This document shows positions 37,109 to 50,700 of a stretch of 64,000 nucleotides of DNA, one piece after another. Positions within the stretch are counted from its first letter, which is position 1, and every line of letters begins with the position of its first letter. This stretch comes from Podarcis pityusensis (Eukaryota), in the NCBI GenBank assembly GCA_964106645.2, contig OZ067039.1. The stretch is one strand, 5' to 3'. Both the position numbers and the translations under genes were made by a program. The notes beneath the pieces are model-generated. The model saw only the letters and a list, made by a program, of their open reading frames with translations. It was not told the DNA's origin and searched no databases.

Positions 37109-39792
37109 TGTTTGGATTGGTAGCTATTTGCTATTTCTTCTCTTTTCTTAGTATTTAGAACAAGTGCCTATATGGCTAAAACACAGCACAGCTTTTAGGT
37201 CATTTGGACTAGTGAATATTTTAGAGGAACAAACAATAGAGTTGCATAACAGTTAAAAATTATTCCTTTTGCATGCCATCATGATTCTTTGTAAAGTTAA
37301 TCTGAATTATGTTCCTCTGACTAAAGTTAAATATTAAACTAAAATTGCATATTTATATTCATATTCATTTTGTTTTTCCATGAAATTATTATTTTCACAT
37401 ACTGTTCCTTATTTCCCCAATATGTATAATGTGCTGTTAATTTCTTCTGGATATTATTAAGATTGTAACTTTCATAAGCTGAAATGTATTCACTGGCCTT
37501 CTGCTGATGTATTTAAAACCAATATTTTGAAACAGTGTCCGGCTTCTCAGGTCCTGTTTGGGCACTACCCTTTTGTTCCACTGAGGCAAATGAGACGTTA
37601 AAATGAAGTTCTTAAAGGCCTCATTTCAAAATCCAGGCTGAGAAAAATCTTTGCCCTGCCTTGCAATAGGAAACAGTGAGCTACCGTTCAATCCAAAAAA
37701 AATTTCTTTTCCATAGCTCTGTAGACCTTGTTTTCAGAACCCCCAAATAAAGGAACACCTATATTTCCCCCCAATGCAGTTTACCTACAAACATAAAGAT
37801 GAATGAGAAATACTGAATAGCTACACACACACAAACACCATAAATAAGCAGTCACTCAACAATTTATATTAGAACAGAATCTTGTTAATAATATTTGGCA
37901 ATTTACAATGCTCCCAACTGGAGGAAAATGACTGCATTTCAACTCCGGAATGGTTTATAGCATATTACACTGGAATTAATTCCTAACAAATGACACACTG
38001 CATTTCAGAAAGATGTTGAAGATCTAGTCTTCCATTACTTAAGACTCTCAGACATATGAAAATTGTCCGCATTTTTTAAAACCAGCACATTATGGGAGTA
38101 GTGTTTCTAGGACAAAGGTGAAACAGTGAAGATCCCTTGTTATTTTTGCTACTGGATGATTCATGTTGTTTAAGTAATCTTGTTATATTTTTGAAAAGTG
38201 GGTTTTTGTATGTTACTATATTTGCTATTGGTTTCTCATGTTATTATGAAATTATTTTTGCAGTACTTGCTTGAAAAGTACTCCTGGTATTATTTTGTAA
38301 GCTGCTTTGAGCATGATTTTTTGTTGAAAGTGGCATACAAATAAAATGAATGAAAATGAAGGTTACAAACAGCAGCAGTTTAGTTATGTCATGTATGTAT
38401 GTTTTTTGTTTGTTTGTTTGTTTGTTTACTTATTTGATTTGATTTGTATACCACCCTCAATAGATCTCAGGGCAATTCACAAAATAAAATACAGTAGAAA
38501 AACAAGTAACTACTAATTATTTAAAAACCCCAGCAAAACAAGGACACACCCCTTTCCACAGACACATTTAAAAGGCTATAGAAAATTGATAAGCCAAAGG
38601 CCTGGTTGAAGAGGAATGTTGCTCAAGAGATTTCTGGAATCCAGAAGAAACTTAAATAGCTTAGCTTACAAACTAAAACTAGAGGTAGTGATTGTGTTCA
38701 CCAACAGAGAGAGCAAAGTAATTCTTGGAGACTGCCCTCAGTTGATATTAGAACCAAGCAACTTAGTTTGGCTAGCCCCAACACTGTAACGTAATTGTCA
38801 TTAACTGAATCCCACCTGCCTGGGATAACACTTATGACCATTCCCAGTGATACCTGTGTGTCATAACCTGGGACCCAGGTGAATGTCATGACCTAAGGCA
38901 GATGTCAAGACCCTCAAGTCAGCACAGCACAGCACAGCACAGCATGCACTTACGCTCAAATCCTGTCACTATGCTTACACAACTGACCACAGCCTGCTAA
39001 GTGCCAAGTCTGCATAAACAGGTTCTCACAGGCACAACCACAACTTGTTGCCAAGCTACTGTATATGGAGATAAGAGCATATTTTGAACACACATAAAGA
39101 TAGCCAGTTAGGATAGTTTAAGCTTTTGCCATAATTGCATATTTTCCTAAAACGCTATAAAAGCTCTGTGAACCCTTCGTTTGAGGGCCCAGTTTCTTTT
39201 GGCAGTTATCCAACTGGGTCTCTTTATTCACACTGCAGCATGCAATAAATCTGAACTGAAGTGCTGTATTTGTCTTCTTTTGGTGAGAAGAATCTGTGTT
39301 TTTATTTGTAGGTACCTCCTTTTTAGGTAACACCAGAATACTTCATTTAAAAAAAGAAGGCAAAAAGTAACAGATCAGGAAAGTAGTTCAAAACAAGTTG
39401 AACATTCACCTAAGTTTAAGGGTTTTACAGGAAATATCCCCTTTCTCCCCTACTCCAGAAAGTATTACTTTTGTCTTAAAAATATATATGGGTCAACATT
39501 TAGTGCAGGCCCATTTATATTCCCTTTAATACTGAATAATTGCATATGATAAAGACCTTCGGCAAAATACCGAAATATATTTTTATCACAGTATGAAATA
39601 GCTCACATGTTGCATGTATTAACTTTACAATTTAATTACAAGGGAAAATTAATATCCCACCCTTCCACTGTAGTCATAGCACTCAGGATGGTGTATAGTA
39701 GTTAAAAGCAGTTACAAAGACATTTAATAAAAATCTATCAACACAACAGAAAAACCCTACACATTTGATATGAAGAATCAAAAGATAGTTAC

Positions 39793-40043
39793 CTGGTTCC
39801 GATCACGTGCACTTGTATATCTGATCTTCTGGATGAAGTAAAATATTAACCATGCTGAAGAAATTATCATCAAAACTACGAACGATATTGATACAAAGAC
39901 AAGAGAACCACGGCCAAAGTTTTTGTTTGGATAGCGGGTTCCAACTGCTATTGCAATAATGACAGACATATTTTTCTCCAAGTAATTCAGAATCTCCTTA
40001 ACCTTCAATTCTGTGATCATGACAGTGACAATGTCTCCAGTTC
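39793..40043 (-). CDS. RNF130: RNF130 coding exon 3, end of the PA domain and transmembrane helix ([25 protein letters not shown])
   Basis: Within ORF 39778..40095. gatag| acceptor, CAG|gtaact donor, 251 nt. Confidence 0.97.
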
Positions 40044-41824
40044 CTATCAAAAGAATAAACAGAAGAAAACAATGACTCAACATCTGACATAACATGTATG
40101 TTTATTAAGAAGCAAATCATTTGGCTGTACATATATACATTTAAACAAACTGTTAGGTATCAAAAAGCTGATCCCGAATTGTGAAAAACAGTATGAGATT
40201 AGCAGCCTCAAATTTTAGACAATTAGGAAAGCAACATTATTTTACAAGCACTTTTTTACATGCACATCTCTTAACCAACATCTGTTCAAAATGATTTAAT
40301 TTCAAAACAACACAAATGTGAACTATTCATACTGATATCTACCAAGTACAAAGGAGTGAGACAAAAAAGCACCTATATTCCTCCTAAATATAGCAGTTTA
40401 GATCTGAGGCTAAAGGAAATTCAAAAACATTGAAAAGAATTGGCCAAGCTATACCTTCACCCTTGAGTAAATGAAAAGATAATCATATTCCTTCTTGAGT
40501 GACCTAGAAAGTAATGAATGCTCCACTGGGCCAAGTATACAGGATAATATCCAACTAAGCAACCAGGTCACACTCAGAGTTAATCTTATGAAATTAATGG
40601 TCAACAATTTTCCACTGATATAAATGAGTGAACTCCAAACATAACCAACATTGGATATAATACACAATGACTAGCTAGCTAAAGATTTAGTGATGGTTTT
40701 TGGTTTTCACTCAATCCAAGAAACAGAACTGAAGGTCTCACAGTAAAATTCAATGAAACCATCCAGCAGCAATAACAAAAATGCAATTTTAATGGTAGAG
40801 CTTATTGGGCAAATTGAGAAAGGAAACTTAAAATAATGTTGTATATATATCTCCTGTGTACAGCATATCTCTGCCTAACAGATACTGGGTGAAAACACTG
40901 GACAACTCTGCCACACCTGATTGTGAGCTATAGGAGCATTTTCTTTGATTACTGCTGGAGACAGAACGATGTACTCAAACAATTGCTCTGTCACAGTTCT
41001 CCTGCTGCTTATCTACTCTAATCTTAATTTTTTAACAATTGCCACAAATAACCTAGCAACTATATTTTTCTCCCTTACACAAGTCCAGGTAACATTAATT
41101 TAGAAGGCAACCATGGGAACTAATAAGTATTTGATACCTTTCTGCAGATGCTTTACTGTAGCATTCAGAGACTATGAACTTGAATATAATGCATCTGGTC
41201 ACAGGTCCATCTAGCCAGTAATGTCTATTTTATGCATTCATGCTTTTTGAGAAGCCCACAGAGTACAAAGACAACAGCCCTCTCCCATTATTACATCACC
41301 AGCAATTGGTGTTCAGGTACATGCTGGCTCTGAATCTGAAGGTTTGCCCAGAGCTAAAAACATATCACCAGAAGCAAATAGCCTACTTGAATGTTGTCCA
41401 CTACTGGACGCCAAGTATTCTATATTTTATTGCATTTTGCAGTGGAAAAGCATCTAGCATTTATTGCCTACTCGACTACCCCTATTACATTAAAGCAGCT
41501 AAGATCAGCCAGTGAGGGGCAAACAAGCAGGTTTAGAAAGAAGCAGGCGAGGGTTGAAGGTTACAGCAAATCCAATGGCTACCTCAATGCCAGCTCCCAG
41601 GGAACAACAGGCGAGGACTAACTAAAAATTAGATTAAAAATATATGCAACTAATACTTGGCTGAGCAAGATTTCCAGCATTAACCTATGTCTAGGAAGAA
41701 TGCAACTGAAGATTTCCCTTTGTCAGAGAAATAGTATTCTATCATAGTTCAACAGCGCAATATGGGCTCCAAGTCTTGTATTTTCAGATACTATGCTAAT
41801 GGAAAGCTGTCATGAAGGGTTTCT

Positions 41825-43574
41825 TTTTTTTTTTTTTTTAATCATATTTATTAAAATTTCCAATAATAACAGAATAAAGAAGATAGAAAAGATAAAGAAA
41901 AAGAAAAGAAAGAAGAGAGACCAATTTTAAACCCTTATGTTCATAACCTTCTTTCTGGGACTCCCTCCTTCCCCTCCCGACTGTATTCCCCTTTCCCTAC
42001 GTTGGTTCCACAAGTTCTCATTCCCAATTTAACCTAATATGTTATGCCTAATAGCCAATTTAAATTACAATCTTAACATCACTCCTCACCTTTAACAAAG
42101 TAAAACAAAGATTTTTTTCCCCAAAATCTACCCCGTTTCCTTCCACGAATTCCCCCTTTTCTTTTTTTTTCCAAAACTTGTTAAATCAAAATACCAAAGT
42201 TAATATATAAAAAAAAAAAATTTAAAAGATAGAAAATAGAAGAAGATTCCAAAAGTTGATTACATAGCCTTTGGATTCTAGAATTCCCCCTCCCTTCCCC
42301 GGTTTAGATTCCCTATGTCCATCAGTCTGTATGTTGTCGGCCTGGAGGTCTCAAGTCCACAGCCAAACTTTCTCAATTCATCTTGCCGGTTTTCTTTAAA
42401 TTTACTTATTTTGATAATATTTAATTTCAAAAGTCCAGTCTAATCGAGGCCTTTAATTTCCCTTGATCATTGTTACTCCTCCCATTGTTCTTGCCGTGGC
42501 GTAGTTGGTCCTTTACTCTTTTGTTTCTTACTTTCTCAGGTTTCTGTCTTGTTCAGCTGCAAAACCATTCTTATTCTGAAATCTAGTATCTCTACAGAGG
42601 TTTGTTATTCAGGAGCTTACTTAAATAGAAAGATTCTATTGTGTTGTCACCTCTGTAGACAAAACAAATATTTCAGTTTTGCTACTTTCCCAGGAGCTAA
42701 GACCAGTAATACACATCCCAGAGTAGTTTTCCATATACGCCGCTTGTAATGTCCCAAAGCCCCTCTAGAGGGATTGCAATAACTTTGTGTCCTCTCATCC
42801 AAAAGTCAAATTGTTGTTTCTTTTTCCATCCGACATTTTGTATCCATATTTATATCCAATTGTATCAAAATCAACCAGCAAAATACTTGTAGCAAAGTCC
42901 TCTTTATATTCTCAAGATTTGACAGCTACTTTGACAGCTGTCAAACTCTCCATCTCTCTCCGCCAGGTTCTCTGAATCGCCCCGGTTCCCGGGGGGGGTT
43001 GCCTTTTCCCTCTCACCCTCGACTCTCCTCCAGCACAATTCTTGTAATGATTCCATCGTGGAATTTGGTATTTTTAGTCAGCAATAAACTTCAGAATTGA
43101 TCTTGGTTTCTCAGTCCTTGTTTTAGCATGTTTACAATCAGGGAGGGGACTGACTTCCTTTTTAGATCCCCCCCGCTCGTGCCGAATCCGAAAAAAAAAA
43201 ATTCCTTTTTTTTCCCCTCCTTTTGTACCCGGTTACCCAATTACTCACGGGTTTTTGTTAAATGTCCGAATTTCAAATGGAAGAAGCCAGCGCTCTCCGA
43301 CGAATGGCATGCGGCTGCACTCGGCAGGGGAAGCGATAGACTCAAAGTACCACGCCACTCCCAGGCACCCGATCCGTAGCCTTTAAAAAGGCTCCTTCAC
43401 GAGTCGGGAGGGCGCTGACGGTACCAGCCGAGTCCCCATGTCCACGGGCCCCGTGCCCGTGGTTTTTAAGGGTCCCCGCGTCGCCGGCGCGGTAGGACCC
43501 AGCCCCTGCCGAGCCGGCTCCCTCCGGAGCTCGGAGGGAGTCCGCCATTCGGCGATGGCGCCAACCCGGAAGTC
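41825..43574 (-). mobile_element. Non-autonomous L1-type retroelement, 5'-complete, with poly(A) tail and 18-bp TSD
   Basis: Perfect TSD ctgtcatgaagggtttct at 41807-41824 and 43575-43592. CpG-rich 5' end GACTTCCGGGTTGGCGCCATCGCCGAATGGCGG; G-rich 3' tract, AATAAA and A-tail. No long ORF. Confidence 0.8.
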
Positions 43575-44029
43575 CTGTCATGAAGGGTTTCTATAGATCA
43601 TGTATGTTTTGTAGAATGTTTGAGCACAGCTAATACAATCATGCAAATATGCGTTGGAAGGGATTGTTGCACAAACCATACTCCATATACTTATCCTTCT
43701 TCCCATCTAGTTTCTGTTACAGGCATTAAACTAAGCACATTATTTTCTTCTCTGTCACAAATAAAGTAGACATGGCAATATGCTATGGTCATGCAGCTAG
43801 TGGAGACTGCCAGTCTCAGCACTTTATCCAGCACTTTTATAAATCAAAGAATGAATGACCAACTTCCACGCTTGATAATCACAAAAAAGACAAAATGCTG
43901 TTAACTATCCACCATGATGTATCTGAACATGTCTAAAAACAAATCACAAATACCTTTAAAAAGTCTTACAACATAAGGGAAATAAGAAAAAAATGAGGAG
44001 AAAGGAATATCTGGTATCTTAGCTTTTAC

Positions 44030-44221
44030 CTGGATGAGTCATGGTGACAGGCTCCTCACTTGACATATTATTGTAAATTACCACAGCTGAAGCATTATGT
44101 AAAGCTGCCCGCAGGATTTTTTGTTTAAAAGTGCAATTTCCTCGCTGCAGTAGGGCAACCCACTGCTTATTTGTAGGAACTGGAAACCGAGTTCGTGGAT
44201 CACAGCCTAAACGATCTGAAA
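44030..44221 (-). CDS. RNF130: RNF130 coding exon 2, PA domain ([65 protein letters not shown])
   Basis: Manual translation gives the [13 protein letters not shown]-domain motif. tttttag| acceptor, |gtaaaa donor, 192 nt. Confidence 0.96.
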
Positions 44222-44676
44222 CTAAAAAAAGGAAAGAGATGTCAGTTAAAGTTTGTTGAAAAAAATATCTAAAAAGCAGATCACTGGCTAAAATTATTCT
44301 CTAGTTATGAGACCAGAACAATTTGCACAACCCAAAGCAATTTTTAAGCTAAATAATAATCTGTAAGTGTTAACCATATTTGATCATTATGATCATTACA
44401 CTTAAGGATTTTTTTCAGTTCCAGAATACGTACTAGTGAATATTTTCAATACCTGGTCAGAGGAATGGCAAAACGTTAGGATAAATTTGTTCATGTACCG
44501 CTGTCATCTTAAGTTGCCCAAAATTTATGTATATATTTAGAAATTAGAATGCAGATTTGGAAGCGACTCAAAAGGCCATCTTGTCCAACCCCTACCTGGA
44601 ATATCGGAATCACAGATGGCCATCCAACCTCTATTTAAAAATCTCTAATTGCCTGGTACTCCAATTGCTTGGTATA

Positions 44677-45047
44677 GGGACACGGGTGGTGCTGTGGTCT
44701 AAACCACTGAGCCTGGGGCTTGCCGATTGGCAGGTCGGCAGTTCGAATCCCTGCAACAGGGTGAGCGCCCGTTGCTCGGTCCCAGCTCCTGCCAACCTAG
44801 CAGTTCGAAAGCACGTAAAAGTGCAAGTAGATAAATAGGTACCGCTCCGGCGGGAAGGTAAATGGCATTTCCGTGTGCTGCTCTGGTTTCGCCAGAAGCG
44901 GCTTAGTCATGCTGGCCACATGACCTGGAAAAACTGTCTGTGGACAGACGTCAGCTCCCTCGGCCAGTAAAGCGAGATGAGCGCCGCAACCCCAGAGTCG
45001 TTTGTGACTGGATTTAACTGTCAGGGGTCCTTTACCTTTACCTTTTA
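44677..45047 (+). mobile_element. Sauria SINE with TSD ccaattgcttg (44661-44671 / 45048-45058)
   Basis: Same family as 4891-5246, with a (CCTTTA)n tail and flanking direct repeat. Confidence 0.9.
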
Positions 45048-46890
45048 CCAATTGCTTGATACCTGGGAGACAGTCCTATTGTAAAAGCTAGCTTATAAAC
45101 TAAGAATATGCAGTATAGAGAACAGAGCAAAAAAAGATTTTATTTGCTATAGTTTGGTATGATTTTATTAACTATATCAATGATTAAAAAAAATGAGAAA
45201 GACCCCCCCAAAAATGTATACAACTTGATATGGCAAATTCAGTAAGATGTAATGGTCAATCTTTATGGTAGCTTTGAATCAGTACAATGTCTAATTGTGC
45301 CTCTACATGTATCAGAAAGGCAAACAGGCTGGCAATCTCTGTCCTCTTCATAGCTTCTCATAGAATCTTCCAATATTTACTGGAACTAAGGGATACTACC
45401 ATACACCTTGAGTGCCAGACACATCAATCAGCATTGTAAAGGACACAGACAACCATGTCAGCAAGTTTAATTGTCAATAGTTGTCCATTATCATCTGTCA
45501 TCTATGATCAGTTATTTAGAATCCATTTCTAATGTATATTTTTCTCAAGCTGAGGACTCTGAATATATATGCTGGAAAGTCTCCATGGCATAATGAAAAG
45601 CAATTTAAGAGTAATTCAAGCTTATACAAATCACTTATTTAAAAATATGTGATCTGAAGTCATTTATGTCATTTCAGAATCGTACAAAAGGTTACTATAT
45701 AAAATGTTTTCTCTTTTCAATAAAGTGCCAAATTCCACCAACCTAGTCTATTTCAAATTCAAGTACCTTCTCTGTACTGACAACCATCCTCTACCTTAGC
45801 TCACTCACAATGAATTCTGAACTTCTTGGGTGCAGTGAATTTGCTATGCTTTCCAGTTTTTGAAGCTGCCACATTCAAAGATCATCTGGCTCAGAACATT
45901 TAGAGCTAAGCCACTTAAACTTAATATTATTTAGAATCTGATCTAACATTGCATGCAAAACTGCTATCTAAGGTCTTGTCTTTCAAGTTGGTTAATTCTT
46001 TTTTTATTCAGTGGTGGTGTTCAATGCCTACAGCACAGGTGATGCTGTAATACTCAAGTACTCAACAAGTTGCTGTAATGCTCTAATACTCAACAAGTAG
46101 TGGATTATTTGAAGAAACTGGTCTGTCCCACAAAACATGCAGAAAATGGGATTTCACCATCCTGTTAAGTATCCTTCCTAGTCCTTCCAAGAGCTTGCAA
46201 TGAAGTATGCAACTGCTTATTTTCTGGTAGCTATTGTACCTGCTAAAGCAAAATCTTCTGCATTTTCTATGTGTTATGTGTGAGAAACTTTTGAGGTTAC
46301 ACCTGGCAAACTTGCATAGTTGTGCTAATTAGAGAAAAATAGAAATCCCCAGGTGTCATCTTTTGAGCTACAGGAAATAGAGACTTGGCAGAAAAGCATG
46401 TAAGCTGAAGCAAAACTGTGCTCAGACAGTTGCAATTTATTTGGGGGGGGGGGAGTAATTTCAGTCCACAGAATTTTGGAGCATAATCCACTCCAAAGGA
46501 GAATCTAAATCTCAAAGTAGTACAGTACTCTGTATAACACTGCAACATCTTGGTTACCAGCTAGCAGACAGTGCTGATCAGATGCTTCTTGTTACAGATG
46601 GCTCTCTTGACCTTTACCACTCTGGAAATATCCACACCTGAGATGTACACATTATATAAATTTCAGGGGTGGACGGAATCAAACATGCCTCGTAACTGAA
46701 TTGCAGGTGCACTTTTCTGTAAACAAGTTTCCCTGAAACACCTTTTCTTGACTACTTAAATACAGAATCATCCAGCCCATGTGACAATCTGTATCACTTC
46801 AGATTACAAATGGATGGATGAAATGGTGAATGCTCACATATTACAAAACTGCACAAATGGGTTGGTAAAGAATGTTGGTCACCAATGAGA

Positions 46891-46922
46891 GGTGAAATGA
46901 AGTGAAATGAAGTGAAATGAAG
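46891..46922. repeat. (GTGAAATGAA)3 tandem repeat; other short tandems at 38920-38945 (AGCAC)n, 46043-46098 (28-bp x2) and 50326-50365 (GTGATGGAAAGA x3)
   Basis: Seen directly. Confidence 0.85.
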
Positions 46923-47101
46923 GAAGATGACAATTCCCTTCCCCACTACAGGTCCCATGCCATCATCTGTTTGAGGATCCCTAATCGCCTGAAGCAGATG
47001 GGGGGGGGCAGAGAGCTATGAGAGGGAGGGGAATTGCCCCCCTACATTGCCTCCCTTCCTCATTCTGCTATCAGATTCCTTCTGGAGTTCTAATCATCCA
47101 T

Positions 47102-47255
47102 GGAGCTCACTGGGTGACCTTGCACCAGTCACTGTTTCTCAACCCTATCTCACAGGGTTGTGAGGATAAAAAGGGGAGAGGAAGAACCATATACATCACT
47201 ACGAGCTTCTTGGAGGAAAGGTGGGATATAAATGCAATAAACAAATAAAATAAAC
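47102..47255 (+). mobile_element. MIR-like (CORE) SINE; other copies at ~49195-49390 (+) and ~13520-13710 (-)
   Basis: GGGTGACCTTG..CAGTCAC...CTCACAGGGTTGTGAGGATAAA core with an A-rich tail. Confidence 0.65.
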
Positions 47256-47321
47256 ATCTAATCTGAGTTGATATAACTGAAGTTTGGCACAGATATTTTT
47301 AAAAAATAAACAAGCTAGTAA

Positions 47322-47775
47322 ACACTGGTTTGGTCATGTCCACACAATGGAAGATGGCAGGATCCCAAGGACGTGCTCTACGGGGAGCTGGCTTCAAGCA
47401 CCAGGCCTCTTGACAGAACCAACTCTGCATTACAAAGATGACTGCAAATGTGACATAAAGGCTGGTAACATCAACCCTGCTGTGTGGGAATCCCTTGTAT
47501 ATGACAGCAGTGCCAGGAGACAGACAGTCAGGTTGTGTATCCACAGCAGTGACCAGAGGAGGAATTGGACCGCTGAGAGGAGCACAGAGAGAAGAAACGC
47601 CATGGGGCATCAGTCTCAGCACAACTGGGTGCCTTCATCTGCCTCAGCTGCAACAAAACACATCTCATCCATACCAGTGTCTCTACAGCCACAGCAGGTG
47701 CTGTAACTCTTCAACAATTTGACTTCACCCCCAAAAGTACACTCCTCCACTGTCCCCTCAGAGAGACAGATGCTG
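47322..47775 (+). mobile_element. RTE-clade LINE 3' fragment (frameshifted)
   Basis: WFGHVHTMEDGRIP...PTLHYKD..KCDIK...WESL..DSSARRQTV matches the RTE C-terminal motif. Confidence 0.8.
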
Positions 47776-50700
47776 TACACCAAAAGAAGTAAACTCCTGA
47801 TATAATGGATTCAATGTAGGCATTTCCTTAACACAGCAATGTTGTTCAATTTTAAGCTTATTTGGAAGTACAGTACTGTAAAACTGTTGCAATGGAACTT
47901 ATTTCAGAGTTGGTTGTATTGCATTAAGTATTAGTTTACTCACTATCTTTCAAAAAAGAGAAACCAGGCGGACCATAAATGTGCAAACATCCCACTATCA
48001 CAGTGGATTTAAAAGGTAATATTTTGTTGCAGGTCCACTTATGTTACAAAAATGCTGTATCAGTATAAAGAGAAAAGACAGAAACAGCACTAACACCTAG
48101 CAGCATACATTGCCTTCCCCTCACGGTTACAATATCAAATTAACAATTTCATGTACCTAAACATTCAGGTTAATTCCCTGATGAACCTATTTTGTTTCCT
48201 CTCATTCTCAGTTTTACCACAAAACTGGGGTCTTGTATTAGATTTTTCTCTGGAAAAAAATGTTTTTGAGAACTCATTCCTATTTTACAGGAATGTCTCA
48301 AAAATGTTGATTGTTGTGATTCTAAGCCAATGATAGGGAACCTGTGCCTCTACTGATGTTCTTGGACTCCCATCAGCACTAGCCAGTATGACCAATCATC
48401 AGGTAATAAAGGAAATAAAAGAGCTGGGAGTCCAATAGGCTCCCCATCTTGACTGAAATTCTTCCGACAGATGCAACACAGATTATGGCCTTTCCCCTCA
48501 GTTATCAGTTTCAGCAGTCACCCAAGTTCTGCCTACAACTGAAATTTACTGAAGAATACGGAAGTACAATTTGCTTAATTCAAAGAGGAAGCAGCAGTGA
48601 CTGCTCAGCAGTTATTTGCTTATAGTTAAGAAATTAGCATTGTGCAACAACTTACTCTTTTCCTCTCCAAAGTGCTTGAACTGAAATAAATGCTTATAAC
48701 ATCCACCTGCTAATATCAAAAACCTTGCCCAAAGTATCAAGCAATATGACTATAGTATATGTGGTAGTTTTCACAGCACTATGGAGAAAATATGTCCTAA
48801 AAAGCTTAGAACTAGAACACACATTTATAAATTGAAACAGTTTAAAATTAGGCTATTTTGGATTGGCAGCATCAGAACATTTAGTCACCTGAGGCTCAAA
48901 GTACTTGTTATGAGGAGTTCTACAATTCTTTCATCCTTGTGCTGGTTATGGAAACATGCAAATAATCTTAATACTCTTACAAACTGCAAATGCCTTCACA
49001 ACTAGTGTTTATGCATGAAATCCAATTCGGTCACTTTACTTAACAAGTGCAATAATTTCAGTGCACTACAACACATATCCATAATCTTTACTACCTATAC
49101 CAAAGTTCAGGGACGGTAAATTTGATGCCAATGTCATTTACCTCAAGAACTTGGACTTCCTATGGAAATAAAAATGATCCTTAATCACAATGAATGTGGT
49201 ATCATGGTTAGACTAGGACCTCTGAGACCAGTGTTCAAAACCATTAAACCATTAAACTAAGTGGCCCAGTCTCAACCTCTCAACCTAACTTCACATGGTT
49301 GTTGTGTGAATTAAATAAGGAGGGAGAGAAGCATGTACACCATCTTCAGCTACTTGGAGAACATGGTATATAAATGCTATAAATAAATACTAAAGATCCA
49401 TTCTTCTCAGAGATTATTCACACAGGCATAGTAACAGATCAAGAAACGTGCAAGTGCCAGCCCATCTCCACCTGGCGGTATGCATCTGCTCCTATGCACA
49501 GGGCCCAACTTTTGCTTTACCACCACAAAATGTCACTTGAACATTTACTGTGGATGTAGAAGGTTGAACTTTGCATTTAGCAGATGTACACAACACACTG
49601 GCAAACAATTTCAAGTGCCTTTCCTACTCTTACTATGTATCTTGCTATGAAGCACCCAATCAGTGTGTTAAGAGTGTATTCATTTTCACAGTTGACTCAC
49701 AACAGTGAATGCATGATATAAAAGGGTCACCTGGTACAACTATTGAGATCAGACATATTCAGGTTAACTGACACTCAAAATACTAAAAATAAGCTACATA
49801 CAGCAGCTTACATGCCTATTCTGAAATGTGTGACTTCAATTTCACTCTCATATTAACAGCTTAAAGACAATGCATCTAATATAGAACAGCCTAAATAGAG
49901 CAACACACAAGAAAAAAAATAAGTGGTAAACAGTTAATGGCTGCTGTGTATTTAGCTTTCCTAGTAATATTGGACTAGGTTGGTAAATGATCATGACACC
50001 AAATTTTAATGATTATACCATTTTTAAACTGCAGTAATTTGGAGGGATGAATGCTGACTAACTGAAGTTAGTCGTTTTCTATTTTAAAATAAAACAACTT
50101 TTCTAGCAATCTATAAGCTGTTTAGCCACATTATTTTCCATTCAGTATCAGAAAAGTAGCATACAAACAACAGATGAAAGAACTGTTTTAAAACAGTTTT
50201 AAAATTCTTTAAATAAAATAAAGTCAACTGGAATAGGGGTTCAGTAAAAAAAGTGCCCCTAAAAATTATTCAAGTTCTGCCTTTTTTATTCTACCCCTCC
50301 TCCAAATAAGGAGAAACCTATTCCTGTGATGGAAAGAGTAAGTGATGGAAAGAGTGATGGAAAGAAGAAGAGTCAAAATAGATAATTTCAGAGACGTAAA
50401 CTGTCCTTCAGAGGCACAAATTGTCCATAAGAGAGGTATGAAATGTCACTAATTTGTGGACCTCATACCCCACTCTTCCCAAATCGTACAATGCAGGAGC
50501 ATTCTGTGTCCTACTTCTTATTACTTCTGAATGGCTGTCCATGTACAAGATGCTATTCACCATGGTCCCCCACCTTTCAGTTTGGAGAACTACTGTATAT
50601 TTATACAGACTTTAGAGTTATCAATATGTTTATGTCACTCAGTTCTTGTCCTGCAAATGTTCACTCTGTCTAGCTAGAGTTGGAGACTGGATGCAGACAA

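Noticed and set aside
33230-44029. miR-340, which is hosted in an RNF130 intron in mammals
   Set aside because: No match to the mature sequence found by eye (only a short cagtctcat at ~34761). No call made.
50181-50198. 18-bp perfect palindrome AACTGTTTTAAAACAGTT
   Set aside because: AT-rich and part of a small local duplication, with no other support for function.
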